Positions 1 to 9,145 of a DNA stretch of 64,000 nucleotides are shown here, piece by piece. The notes under the pieces are model-generated. The model was not told the DNA's origin. It did no database searches and saw nothing but the letters and a program-made list of their open reading frames with translations. The translations under genes and the position numbers were made by a program. Where the stretch lies: sequence record NC_007021.1; one strand, given 5' to 3'. Positions within the stretch are counted from its first letter, which is position 1, and every line of letters starts with the position of its first letter. Origin of the DNA: Staphylococcus phage Twort.

Positions 1-47
1 ATACACAGACAGTGGGAACCAACCGTGCTAAATATTTAATTTAATTA

Positions 48-75
48 TTGACAAAGTAACAAGATATGATATAAT
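48..75 (+). promoter_or_regulatory. Sigma-A-like promoter TTGACA-16-TGaTATAAT inside the intron, upstream of the endonuclease ORF
   Basis: ttgaca 48-53, tgatataat 67-75. Confidence 0.4.
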
Positions 76-199
76 TAAACTAAGTTAAAAGCCTAACGAC
101 TAAATTTCTAGGTAACTTACAAAAAGGTGTAAGTGAGAACTAGATAAAAATTACTTAACATGAAAACACTACCATAAAATAACAGATAAGGAGGGGAGT

Positions 200-1165
200 A
201 CAACGACTAAAAAGAAAACCCATGAAGAATTTAAAAGTGAGTTAGATTATAAATTTAATAATGAATTTATTCTTTTAAGTAATTATAATGGTATAAATTC
301 ACGTATTAAAGTAAGACATAAACACTGTGGATACGAATTTGAACCTATAGCTAAATATTTATTAAGGGACGGAAAATGTAAAAGATGTTCAGATAACAAG
401 AAAGGTAAAAAAAGAAGAAAAACACATGAACAATTTTTAAAAGAAGTACAAGAAATTCACGGTAATAATTATCAAGTTTTAACTAAATATAAAACTAGTC
501 ATGATAAAGTAAAAGTTAAGCATTTATCTTGTGGTTCGGAGTATAATATTAGACCAGATTCATTATTAAGAGGCAGTCAATGTAAGACTTGTCTTAATAT
601 TAAGTTATCTAAGGATAACTTAAAGACAACAAAAGAGTATAAAAAAGAAATAGAATATATAACTCAAGGGGAATATATTCTTATAGGAGAATACACAGGA
701 GTTAAAAATAAGGTAAAGGTTAGACATAATTTATGTGGTAACGAGTACTTAGTTTATCCTTTTATGTTTTATCGAGGAAGAAGATGTCCTAAATGCAATT
801 ATTCTAGAGGTGAGAGATTAGTAGAGGTTGTTTTGAAATCCCTAAATATTGATTTTGAACCTCAGAAAAAATTTGAAGGATTAAAAAATATAAACCTATT
901 ATCTTATGATTTTTACTTACCTGAATATAATGTCTTGATTGAGTATCAAGGACAACAACATTATGAACCTGTAGAGCTTTTTGGAGGAGAAGATTACTTT
1001 TTAAAACAACAAAAAAATGATAAAATTAAAAAGGAATTTTCTAAAAACAACAATATTTATTTATTAGAAATACCTTATACTAAGTATACTTTTGATAGTG
1101 TTAAAGAGGAAATAGAAGTAATGTTAAGTAATGTAAAGCAAGGGACTACTAACCAAAAGAAGTAG
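200..1165 (+). CDS. Intron-encoded endonuclease: three ~45-aa Cys-rich zinc-ribbon-like repeats plus a C-terminal Vsr/DUF559-like PD-(D/E)XK nuclease domain; start codon unclear
   Basis: Frame 2 is open from 164 to the stop at 1165. The repeats ..KV(R/K)H..CG.E(Y/F)..P......G.C..C occur three times. C-terminal D..(n)..IEYQGQQH matches the Vsr/DUF559 IEvDG..H signature. RBS AAGGAGGGG at 188-196. No in-frame ATG/GTG/TTG before 764. Confidence 0.6.
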   Translation, partial: TTTKKKTHEEFKSELDYKFNNEFILLSNYNGINSRIKVRHKHCGYEFEPIAKYLLRDGKCKRCSDNKKGKKRRKTHEQFLKEVQEIHGNNYQVLTKYKTSHDKVKVKHLSCGSEYNIRPDSLLRGSQCKTCLNIKLSKDNLKTTKEYKKEIEYITQGEYILIGEYTGVKNKVKVRHNLCGNEYLVYPFMFYRGRRCPKCNYSRGERLVEVVLKSLNIDFEPQKKFEGLKNINLLSYDFYLPEYNVLIEYQGQQHYEPVELFGGEDYFLKQQKNDKIKKEFSKNNNIYLLEIPYTKYTFDSVKEEIEVMLSNVKQGTTNQKK

Positions 1166-1286
1166 TCATGATATAGTCTAAACCCTTTAAAATACTAGGA
1201 AACTAGGGGTAGTAATTGGGAGATGTCATTTTCCAAATAGAACAAAAAATAATTCTGGTATACGAGGATACTATATTTCACAAATG

Positions 1287-2144
1287 AATGCTGTCTGGAT
1301 TTCAGCTGACCAACTTGTAGAAAAAGAACTTAATACCGATTCTAAACAAGCATTTTACAATTATGTACTGGGTATGCCTTATGAAGATTTAAAAATGCGT
1401 GTATTACCAGAAGACATATTTGAAAACAAATCTAAAATTGCAAAAGAACAATTATTTGATAGAGATAGATATAAGTATATATCCTGTAGTGTTGACTGGG
1501 GTAATTTCCACTGGTGCTGTGTACATGGTATGACAGAAGATGGTCATGTAGACTTAATACGACTATTTAATGTAAAGAAAAATAGCAGACCAGATTTAGT
1601 AGAGGCAGACTTAGAAAGAATTATATTAGAGTTTTCTAAATATGACCCCGATATTATTATAGCTGACAACGGAGATTCAGGAAATAACGTTCTTAAATTA
1701 ATCAATTTCTTTGGTAGGGAACGAGTATTTGGATGTACGTATAAATCTAGTCCACGTTCTTCAGGACAATTATATGCACAATTTAATGAAAACACAAACA
1801 CCGTAACCGTAGACAAATTAATGCACAATAAGAACTATATACAGGGACTAAAAACAGGTAGAATAAGTGTGTACCAAAAACAAGATGAAGAACTTAAAAC
1901 ATACTTAAAACATTGGCAAAATGTTTTAATCATGGATGAAGAAGATGAGAAAACAGGAGAAATGTATCAAGTAATTAAGCGTAAAGGAGACGACCATTAC
2001 GCTCAGAGTGCAACGATAGGATATATTGGACTCACTCGTATTAAAGAATTACTTGAAACTTCTAAAGGAACATCTTTTGACTCTACATTTGTTTCTACTG
2101 ATTATAATCAAGGTGATGGAAATACATATTACCTTAACGATTAA
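1287..2144 (+). CDS. terL: Terminase large subunit, 3' exon (nuclease domain)
   Basis: RNase-H-like nuclease motifs (..IIADNGDSG.., ..GDDHYAQS..) typical of TerL C-termini. Frame is open back to 1191, consistent with a spliced exon rather than an independent gene. Confidence 0.75.
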   Translation, partial: NAVWISADQLVEKELNTDSKQAFYNYVLGMPYEDLKMRVLPEDIFENKSKIAKEQLFDRDRYKYISCSVDWGNFHWCCVHGMTEDGHVDLIRLFNVKKNSRPDLVEADLERIILEFSKYDPDIIIADNGDSGNNVLKLINFFGRERVFGCTYKSSPRSSGQLYAQFNENTNTVTVDKLMHNKNYIQGLKTGRISVYQKQDEELKTYLKHWQNVLIMDEEDEKTGEMYQVIKRKGDDHYAQSATIGYIGLTRIKELLETSKGTSFDSTFVSTDYNQGDGNTYYLND

Positions 2145-2156
2145 GGATGATTAATT

Positions 2157-2948
2157 ATGTTACAAAATATTATAAAAAGTAAGGACACTGATATAAATAT
2201 CGGTGTCTTACACTTTTTAACAAATAGAACTTTTACGTATGAAGAAGTAGCAAAGAATAATAAACAATTAACAAAAGACTATAATTTTATTGTTAAGTCT
2301 TATGGATTCAATGACTTTTATGATATGTTTCTTTATATTAATAGAGACACTATTATTAAAGGAGGTAATAAGGACGAATCTAAGTTAAATAAAGTAAAAC
2401 GTAAAGTTATACGTAATGGTAAAGAAATAGAAATGACGGTTTATGAAGACCCTAACGCAGGTAACCAACAACAAGATAAAAAACCCAAAGATAATGAACA
2501 ACAACCTAAAACAACATCAGCTATAGGCTCTAAATCTACAGGAACGGAAGAAGGACAAAAGGTTAATCCTAAGAGACTATCAAATACAATTAGTAAGTTA
2601 GGTAGTAACATAGACCACATAGATACTTCTTTAGTTAATATCTCTAGGGAATTTACTTCTACAGATGGTGATTTAATAGGTAATGCCTTATTCGAGGAAA
2701 CGGAAGATACTATTAAACTACATGGATATATAACAAAAGAAGATGTTACTGGCGTAGGTGTACGTTCTATTATAGAATTACTTTTATTAGGTATAAAGAA
2801 AGAAAAGAATATAGAAGTATATGACATTCAATTACCTGAGGCTATACAATATTTGAAGATGTTAGGGTTTACTAAAAAGAAAGATTCTTTTTACATGAAG
2901 AAAAAAGATGTATTATCATTTATAGGGGATTTACATGAATTTCTTTAG
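2157..2948 (+). CDS. hypothetical protein
   Basis: 263-aa ORF with RBS; no recognisable motif. Confidence 0.5.
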   Translation: MLQNIIKSKDTDINIGVLHFLTNRTFTYEEVAKNNKQLTKDYNFIVKSYGFNDFYDMFLYINRDTIIKGGNKDESKLNKVKRKVIRNGKEIEMTVYEDPNAGNQQQDKKPKDNEQQPKTTSAIGSKSTGTEEGQKVNPKRLSNTISKLGSNIDHIDTSLVNISREFTSTDGDLIGNALFEETEDTIKLHGYITKEDVTGVGVRSIIELLLLGIKKEKNIEVYDIQLPEAIQYLKMLGFTKKKDSFYMKKKDVLSFIGDLHEFL

Positions 2949-3570
2949 TATCTTGATTATATTTACAATTTGTTATATACTATATGTGTTAACACTATTA
3001 GTAGTATATTATAGAAAAGAAATTAGATTTAAAAAACTTTTATTAAATATAGAAAATTTAAAATATGAGTTTTATATAGAAAAGGAAGATGTTGAAATGG
3101 AAAATAAATTAACTTTAGAAGAATCTATTACCCCTTTAACAAAGGAAGAAAAAGAAGATGCTATTAAAGAATTTAGTAATATTTTATGTGAAATGACTAA
3201 GAAGTTATATTCTACATACAATGTGTTACGACAAGACCCAGTAGATGAGACACAAAAATTAGATGGTCATTTAATGGTTTTTCAAAGTCGTTTAGGGGAC
3301 ACACTTACTGGTGATTTACATGATAAGTTATTCAGATTAGCGTTTGATAAACGATTAAATATTTTTGAAGTAAATAAACAATATAAGAAAGATGTACAAG
3401 ACAATAAAGCTATTGAATTAGGTGACGTTGTTGTTACAGATACAGCTATTAGTAATATTTTATCTAGTAATGAATTAGGATTTAGTATTTCATTTATGTT
3501 AAAAGAAGACTGGGAAGAAAAAGAACGTATTAGAAAAGAAGAAGAAGAAAAATTAAATAAAGAAAAGTAA
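2935..3570 (+). CDS. hypothetical membrane protein (N-terminal TM helix)
   Basis: ORF with hydrophobic N-terminus and charged C-terminus. Confidence 0.45.
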   Translation: MNFFSILIIFTICYILYVLTLLVVYYRKEIRFKKLLLNIENLKYEFYIEKEDVEMENKLTLEESITPLTKEEKEDAIKEFSNILCEMTKKLYSTYNVLRQDPVDETQKLDGHLMVFQSRLGDTLTGDLHDKLFRLAFDKRLNIFEVNKQYKKDVQDNKAIELGDVVVTDTAISNILSSNELGFSISFMLKEDWEEKERIRKEEEEKLNKEK

Positions 3571-3587
3571 TGATGTTATGAGATACA

Positions 3588-4577
3588 GTGAAAGGGAAAA
3601 GTTTAATGAATAAAAAGTTAGACGTAAAAGAAGTAGCAACTGTAATTATCATAATACTAATAGGTTTTTCTATACTATTTAATCTTTTCTTTTTATCTCA
3701 ATTAGATAAAGAAAAAGAAGAGAAAGATAAATACAAAAGATTAGTTAATATTTACCAAAAAGACAATAAGATAGATACTAAAGACAAAAAAGAATATGTT
3801 AAAAGGTTAAATGATGCAGAAGAGGAACTTGATAAAGTAAAACGGGAAACTAATTATAAAGGTTACAACGATAAGTCTGATAAAGGCAAAGAGGAAATAG
3901 ATAAAGAACTTAAAGAGGCTATTTTCGGTAAACTTAGAGACGATGAGATAATTGTTAAAACTAAGATTGAATACACAGATAAGGTTAAATCACCTACTAT
4001 AGAAGTAGATAATGAGGGTGTAGGGAAAGTATTATTGCCTATAGAAACAAAACCTAAGAATGATAATACTGAAGTAAAAATAGTTGATTCTACTAACACA
4101 CCAACTACTACACCACCAGTAACAAGTGCACCAGAGGTCAATAATACACCAGTCCCCCAACAACCTCCTAGTGTATCAGATAATAACGGTAATACAGTGC
4201 CTACTGTACCTAGTGATGGTGGAAATTTAACACCAAATGTTCCAAGTAACCCAACACCACCTGTTGAAGAACCACCTATTGTGTTGCCTCCACCAGTAGA
4301 AGACCCTATAAAACCTACGGAGCCAGACAGACCTACAGAACCTTCTCAACCAGAAGAACCAAATAGTCCTGTAGAACCAGAAGACCCTAACAACCCTGAT
4401 AACCCAAACAACCCTGAGGAGCCTTCTCAACCAGAAGAACCAAGTAATCCTGATAACCCCGATGTTCCTGAAGAAACAAGTAATCCTAGTGAACCTAATA
4501 GTATACCGTGGGCACCACTAGAACCACCTTTGAGTATGCCTTTAGTTCCTCTAGAACCCGCAACACCAATAACATAA
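3588..4577 (+). CDS. membrane-anchored protein with coiled-coil and Pro/Thr/Glu-rich repetitive C-terminus
   Basis: N-terminal TM segment, Lys/Glu-rich middle, PEEPSQPEEPN-type repeats. Confidence 0.5.
   Translation: MKGKSLMNKKLDVKEVATVIIIILIGFSILFNLFFLSQLDKEKEEKDKYKRLVNIYQKDNKIDTKDKKEYVKRLNDAEEELDKVKRETNYKGYNDKSDKGKEEIDKELKEAIFGKLRDDEIIVKTKIEYTDKVKSPTIEVDNEGVGKVLLPIETKPKNDNTEVKIVDSTNTPTTTPPVTSAPEVNNTPVPQQPPSVSDNNGNTVPTVPSDGGNLTPNVPSNPTPPVEEPPIVLPPPVEDPIKPTEPDRPTEPSQPEEPNSPVEPEDPNNPDNPNNPEEPSQPEEPSNPDNPDVPEETSNPSEPNSIPWAPLEPPLSMPLVPLEPATPIT
4338..4450 (+). repeat. Direct coding repeat (~33 nt, two copies 80 nt apart) encoding EPSQPEEP(N/S)..P
   Basis: gaaccttctcaaccagaagaaccaaatagtcct at 4338-4370 versus gagccttctcaaccagaagaaccaagtaatcct at 4418-4450. 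Confidence 0.7.
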
Positions 4578-4585
4578 TTATTACT

Positions 4586-4620
4586 AAAAAAGCATAGGTA
4601 TTAAACCTATGCTTTAATTA
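4586..4620 (+). terminator. Rho-independent terminator
   Basis: aaaaagcataggt..acctatgcttt hairpin followed by a T-rich tail. Confidence 0.55.
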
Positions 4621-4665
4621 TATTATATTAATAAGAGACGCTATTATAGAAAGGATATGTAACTG

Positions 4666-5019
4666 TTGAACTTTGATTTAAATATACTAACTTCTATTTT
4701 AGTTTTAATTATAGGTACTTGTTTACTTACATTAGTAATAACAGAATGTCTAGGTTATACAAAAGAATTTAAATTGTTACATTATGCAATTTATGGTATA
4801 GTAATTATAGGAACTTATTTTTTAACAGAAATGTTTAAAAAAATATCTAGTATAATTAAAGAAGATGTTATTTTATCTGTTCAAAATACAGAAAAATATA
4901 CCGGTTTTAATGACCCAACCTTTATATTCATTATTACAACGATTGGTGCTATTATTGGACTAGGTATTTATTATACTCATAAATATATAAAAGAAATTAA
5001 TTTAAATAAGAAACGGTGA
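4666..5019 (+). CDS. small integral membrane protein (3-4 TM helices)
   Basis: hydrophobic 117-aa ORF. Confidence 0.45.
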   Translation: MNFDLNILTSILVLIIGTCLLTLVITECLGYTKEFKLLHYAIYGIVIIGTYFLTEMFKKISSIIKEDVILSVQNTEKYTGFNDPTFIFIITTIGAIIGLGIYYTHKYIKEINLNKKR

Positions 5020-5027
5020 TGTAGACT

Positions 5028-5408
5028 TTGACCTATGCTAAAGATAAAAAATGGGAAGATGCAAAGACTTTTATAAAACAACAGGGTATGAAAGATAATT
5101 GGATAGAAATAGTAGATTATTATAGGCAAATAGGTGGTACGCACGTTGCTGTATTTATTGCTCTAGAAAAAGAAAAGTATATGATACTAGAAGCAACTAC
5201 TGATAATAGGGTAATATTAGTAGATAAAAATAATAATATTGTTTTAGAAGATTATAATGTGGTTATGGAATCTAAGAAGATGTTTTATTATATAGAACAA
5301 CCCTTTAAACATAAAATAGACTTAAATAGTTCTATAAGTAGTATTACCTACAATAACACAGATACATTAACAATGTACAACCATAAGGATGGTGACACGG
5401 TTGGCTGA
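5028..5408 (+). CDS. hypothetical protein
   Basis: 126-aa ORF immediately upstream of the portal gene. Confidence 0.45.
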   Translation: MTYAKDKKWEDAKTFIKQQGMKDNWIEIVDYYRQIGGTHVAVFIALEKEKYMILEATTDNRVILVDKNNNIVLEDYNVVMESKKMFYYIEQPFKHKIDLNSSISSITYNNTDTLTMYNHKDGDTVG

Positions 5409-7119
5409 TATTTTTAAACGTCTAAGGTTAGGTAGAGATTATGAGGACATAATTGATACTGTACCTATAGATGATGGATTACAGGCAAATATTAGAAACA
5501 TAGAAGAAAAAAGTAAGGAACTTAACAAATCATTATATGGTAAACAACAAGCATATGCAGAACCATTTCTTGAAGTAATGGATACAAACCCTGAATTTAG
5601 AACAAAGAGAAGTTATATGAAAAATTCAGATAATTTACATGATGTTCTAAAACAGTTTGGGAATAACCCAATTTTAAATGCTATCATTTTAACAAGGTCA
5701 AATCAAGTAGCTATGTACTGTCAGCCCTCAAGATATAACGAAAGAGGATTAGGTTTTGAAGTACGCATGCGTGATTTAGATGCTGAACCTGGAAAAAAAG
5801 AAAAAGAAGAAATTAAACGTATAGAAAACTTTATTTTAAATACAGGAAGAGATAAAGATATAGATAGAGATTCTTTCCAGTCTTTTTGTCGTAAAATTGT
5901 ACGTGATACTTATACATACGACCAAGTAAACTTTGAAAAGGTATTTAATAAGAAAAATGCTACAACAATGGATAAGTTTATTGCCGTAGACCCTAGTACT
6001 ATTTTTTATGCTACTGATAAAAATGGTAAGATAATTAAGGGTGGAAAGCGTTTTGTTCAGGTTATAAATAAAAAGGTTGTAGCTAGCTTCACTTCTAGGG
6101 AAATGGCTATGGGTATTCGTAACCCAAGAACAGAATTATCTAGTAGTGGTTATGGATTATCCGAAGTAGAAATTGCTATGAAACAATTTATTGCCTATAA
6201 TAATACGGAAACATTTAATGATAGATTCTTTTCACATGGTGGAACAACACGAGGTATACTTCAGATTAAATCAGAACAACAGCAATCACAACGTGCATTA
6301 GAGAATTTTAAAAGAGAATGGAAGTCTAGTTTTTCTGGTATAAACGGAAGCTGGCAGGTGCCAGTTGTAATGGCTGATGATATTAAATTTGTTAATATGA
6401 CACCAACCGCAAATGATATGCAGTTTGAAAAGTGGTTAACCTATTTAATAAACATTATTTCAGCATTATATGGTATTGACCCTGCAGAGATTGGTTTCCC
6501 TAATAGAGGTGGAGCTACAGGAGGTAAGGGTGGTAATACTTTAAATGAAGCCGACCCTGGTAAGAAGCAACAACAGTCACAAAACAAAGGTCTACAACCA
6601 CTACTAAGATTTATTGAAGATTTAATAAACACACATATTATATCAGAATACAGTGACAAATACGTTTTCCAATTTGTAGGTGGAGATACTAAGTCAGAAT
6701 TAGATAAAATTAAAATCCTACAAGAAGAAGTTAAGACGTATAAGACCGTTAATGAGGCACGTAAAGAAAAAGGTCTTAAACCTATTGAGGGCGGGGACGT
6801 GTTATTAGATGGTTCATTTATTCAAAGTATGTCATTAAATACACAAAAAGAACAGTATGAAGATACAAAACAAAAAGAGCGTTTTGATATGATTCAACAA
6901 TTCTTAAATTCACCTGATGATGAAGAACCACAACAAGAGTCTACTGAAGATAAAGTTGATGGTAGGGAATCTAATGACCCAACAAAAATAGATAGTCCAG
7001 TAGGTACAGATGGTCAACTAAAAGACCAAGACAATGTTAAGAGTCAAGAAGGTTCTAACAAAGGTCAAGGTACGAAAGGTAAAGGTAACGAAAAACCTTC
7101 TGATTTTAAAAATAATTAA
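5389..7119 (+). CDS. portal protein
   Basis: 576-aa ORF in the portal position (after terL, before protease and MCP); acidic/Gly-rich C-terminus is typical. Confidence 0.75.
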   Translation: MVTRLADIFKRLRLGRDYEDIIDTVPIDDGLQANIRNIEEKSKELNKSLYGKQQAYAEPFLEVMDTNPEFRTKRSYMKNSDNLHDVLKQFGNNPILNAIILTRSNQVAMYCQPSRYNERGLGFEVRMRDLDAEPGKKEKEEIKRIENFILNTGRDKDIDRDSFQSFCRKIVRDTYTYDQVNFEKVFNKKNATTMDKFIAVDPSTIFYATDKNGKIIKGGKRFVQVINKKVVASFTSREMAMGIRNPRTELSSSGYGLSEVEIAMKQFIAYNNTETFNDRFFSHGGTTRGILQIKSEQQQSQRALENFKREWKSSFSGINGSWQVPVVMADDIKFVNMTPTANDMQFEKWLTYLINIISALYGIDPAEIGFPNRGGATGGKGGNTLNEADPGKKQQQSQNKGLQPLLRFIEDLINTHIISEYSDKYVFQFVGGDTKSELDKIKILQEEVKTYKTVNEARKEKGLKPIEGGDVLLDGSFIQSMSLNTQKEQYEDTKQKERFDMIQQFLNSPDDEEPQQESTEDKVDGRESNDPTKIDSPVGTDGQLKDQDNVKSQEGSNKGQGTKGKGNEKPSDFKNN

Positions 7120-7130
7120 ATATAATATAT

Positions 7131-7165
7131 AAGGGAGAAAATTTATTTTTCTCCCTTATTTTCTT
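7131..7165 (+). terminator. Rho-independent terminator
   Basis: aagggagaaaa..ttttctccctt followed by a T-run. Confidence 0.6.
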
Positions 7166-7279
7166 GTATGAAAATTAATTATGTGTTATAGTTTATATAT
7201 AATATTAATAGTATACACTTGATTGTTATATTATAAACGTAAAGTAAATAAATTAACAATAAGTGAGGTGTACACACCT

Positions 7280-8053
7280 TTGGAAGAAATTAAGTTTAAT
7301 GCCTTTTTAGAAGCTGATTTACAAAAGTCAGTAGATGTTAAAACTGATGAGAAAAATTACTACTTTAAAGGATACGCAAGCACACCTAGTAGGGATAGAC
7401 AAGGTGAAGTTATTAACCCTAAAGGTATGTCATTAGATATATTCAAAGCAGATGGATATGTAAACTACGAACACCAAAAAGACAAACTAATTGGTATCCC
7501 TACAGATAATTGTTACATAGACCCAGATAAAGGGTTATATATAGAAGTGCAGTTATTTAAAGGTAATAAGTATGCTGAGGAAATGGTAGAACTTGCACAG
7601 AATTTAGAAAAGTCTGGTACTGGTAGAAAAATTGGGTTTTCTATTGAAGGTATGGTTAAAAAACGTAATACCCAAGACAACACTATTATTGATGAAATGG
7701 TAGTAACTGGAGTAGCATTGACCAAGTTACCTGCTAACGAGCAAAGTAGAGCAGAGTTTGTTTTAAAATCATTTTTGACTGGTACAGGAACAACTCCAGA
7801 TACACAAGTAGATGCAGGTGCATTAAGAAGAGAATCTTTAGCTTCTAGTATCACTAATCTTACATATGTAACTAAAATTAAAGACTTAAAAGAATTTAAT
7901 AATACATGGAATCAAGTTGTAGAGCACCTTGAAAAGAATAACCTTATGGGTTATGAAGAATCCGTTGTGACCTTACAACTAGCAAAAGGTCTTTCCCGTA
8001 AAGATGCAGAGTTAGCTGTAATGGAAATCAACAAAAAACAATTGGAGGACTAA
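7280..8053 (+). CDS. prohead protease (HK97/S78 family)
   Basis: Motif ..GYASTPSRDRQGEVI.. ; probable TTG start at 7280 with RBS GTGAGGTG 9 nt upstream. The ORF-track start at 7223 lacks an RBS. Confidence 0.75.
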   Translation: MEEIKFNAFLEADLQKSVDVKTDEKNYYFKGYASTPSRDRQGEVINPKGMSLDIFKADGYVNYEHQKDKLIGIPTDNCYIDPDKGLYIEVQLFKGNKYAEEMVELAQNLEKSGTGRKIGFSIEGMVKKRNTQDNTIIDEMVVTGVALTKLPANEQSRAEFVLKSFLTGTGTTPDTQVDAGALRRESLASSITNLTYVTKIKDLKEFNNTWNQVVEHLEKNNLMGYEESVVTLQLAKGLSRKDAELAVMEINKKQLED

Positions 8054-8058
8054 TCTTA

Positions 8059-9054
8059 ATGAGTAAATTTTCAAATATTCTAGAAGAATATAATAAATTA
8101 CAATCACAAGATGTTGAAAAATCATTAGAAGAAAATAAAGATGAAGAACCTAAAGAAGAGGCTACTGTAGAATCAGTTACGGAAGAACAAGTAGTTGAAA
8201 CAGATGCACCGCAAAAAGAAGAACCACAACAAGTATCTGAAGAAGACGCTAAAAAAGCACAAGAAGAATCTAAGAAATTAGAATCAGAAAAGCAAGAAGA
8301 AGATAAAGAAGTAGAGAAGTCTGTTAAAGATTCTAAAGACCCAGTAGACCATAAAGATACTAAAACTGAAGACAAAGACAATGAGAAACGTAAAAACAAA
8401 AAAGAAGATAAAGAAGACGAGTCTAAAGAAGAAGATGAAAAAGAATCTAAGAAAGATAAAGACAAAGAAGATAAAAAGTCTGAAAACAAAAAAGATTCTG
8501 AAAAAGTTAAAAAGTCAGCTTTATCTGATGAAGATATTGTAGAAGGATTTAGTACAGTATTAAAATCTTTACAAGACTTACCTAAACAATTTGCTACTAA
8601 AGATGATGTCAAGGAAATTAAAAAATCTTTAGAAGAATTACAAGATGCTTTTGCTGAAAAAGAAAAGAAACAAGAAGAAAAAGTAGAAACTATTAAAGAA
8701 GAAGTTAACAAAGAACAAGAAGATAAAGAAGAAGAAAATACTGATGAATCAGTAGAAAAATCAGTAACAACTTCTAACACTGCACAGCAAGATGATGTTA
8801 ATTATGTTTCTAAATCAGCAGTTGTAGAAGAAGAAGTACAAGAGGAACAACCTGAGGAAGATAAGCAAGAGGTTAATACAATTACACAAGAAGACCGTGA
8901 GGCTTTCATGAATAAATTCAAATCAGAATCTCAACGTCGTGACAAACCTACACGTCAATTAAATGATGCATATTTAGCATATATGGACGTTCGTAATAAT
9001 GGTGAAAATGCAAGTCCAAGTTCTTTAAAAACTGTTAAAGATTTTATTAAGTAA
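8059..9054 (+). CDS. highly acidic Lys/Glu/Asp-rich protein, possibly scaffolding
   Basis: Low-complexity KEDKE stretches; sits between the protease and MCP. Confidence 0.45.
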   Translation: MSKFSNILEEYNKLQSQDVEKSLEENKDEEPKEEATVESVTEEQVVETDAPQKEEPQQVSEEDAKKAQEESKKLESEKQEEDKEVEKSVKDSKDPVDHKDTKTEDKDNEKRKNKKEDKEDESKEEDEKESKKDKDKEDKKSENKKDSEKVKKSALSDEDIVEGFSTVLKSLQDLPKQFATKDDVKEIKKSLEELQDAFAEKEKKQEEKVETIKEEVNKEQEDKEEENTDESVEKSVTTSNTAQQDDVNYVSKSAVVEEEVQEEQPEEDKQEVNTITQEDREAFMNKFKSESQRRDKPTRQLNDAYLAYMDVRNNGENASPSSLKTVKDFIK

Positions 9055-9145
9055 TACAAAGTAGTTGTGTTATATTATACATGAAATTAAATTAATAAAA
9101 TAAAGATACATAATTAAATTTATAAACGAAAGGTGATTCTACTAT

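Larger units (their letters stand above)
1..1286 (+). mobile_element. Group I intron interrupting the terminase large-subunit gene; 5' splice site lies upstream of the window; contains an endonuclease ORF
   Basis: R-like core ..ACGACUA.. at 97-104 and 203-209. S-like GAUAUAGUC at 1173-1181, the element shared by every other intron here. The 3' end ..UUCACAAAUG resembles the ..GAACAUAAUG end of tail-tube intron 1. The downstream reading frame continues as the terminase nuclease domain from 1287. Confidence 0.55.

Noticed and set aside
764-1165. ORF-track 133-aa ORF treated as an independent gene
   Set aside because: It is the C-terminal part of a longer frame open from 164 with an SD at 188-196. 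The ATG at 764 sits in the middle of the third zinc-ribbon repeat.
4227-4430. Minus-strand 67-aa Trp/Arg-rich ORF
   Set aside because: Antisense of the Pro/Glu-rich repeat region (CCA/GAA-rich sense gives TGG/TTC antisense); compositional artefact.
8028-8780. 250-aa Ser-rich minus-strand ORF
   Set aside because: It is the antisense of the K/E/D-rich gene at 8059-9054 (GA-rich sense strand gives Ser/Leu-rich antisense); low complexity, no RBS, and every other gene is on the + strand.
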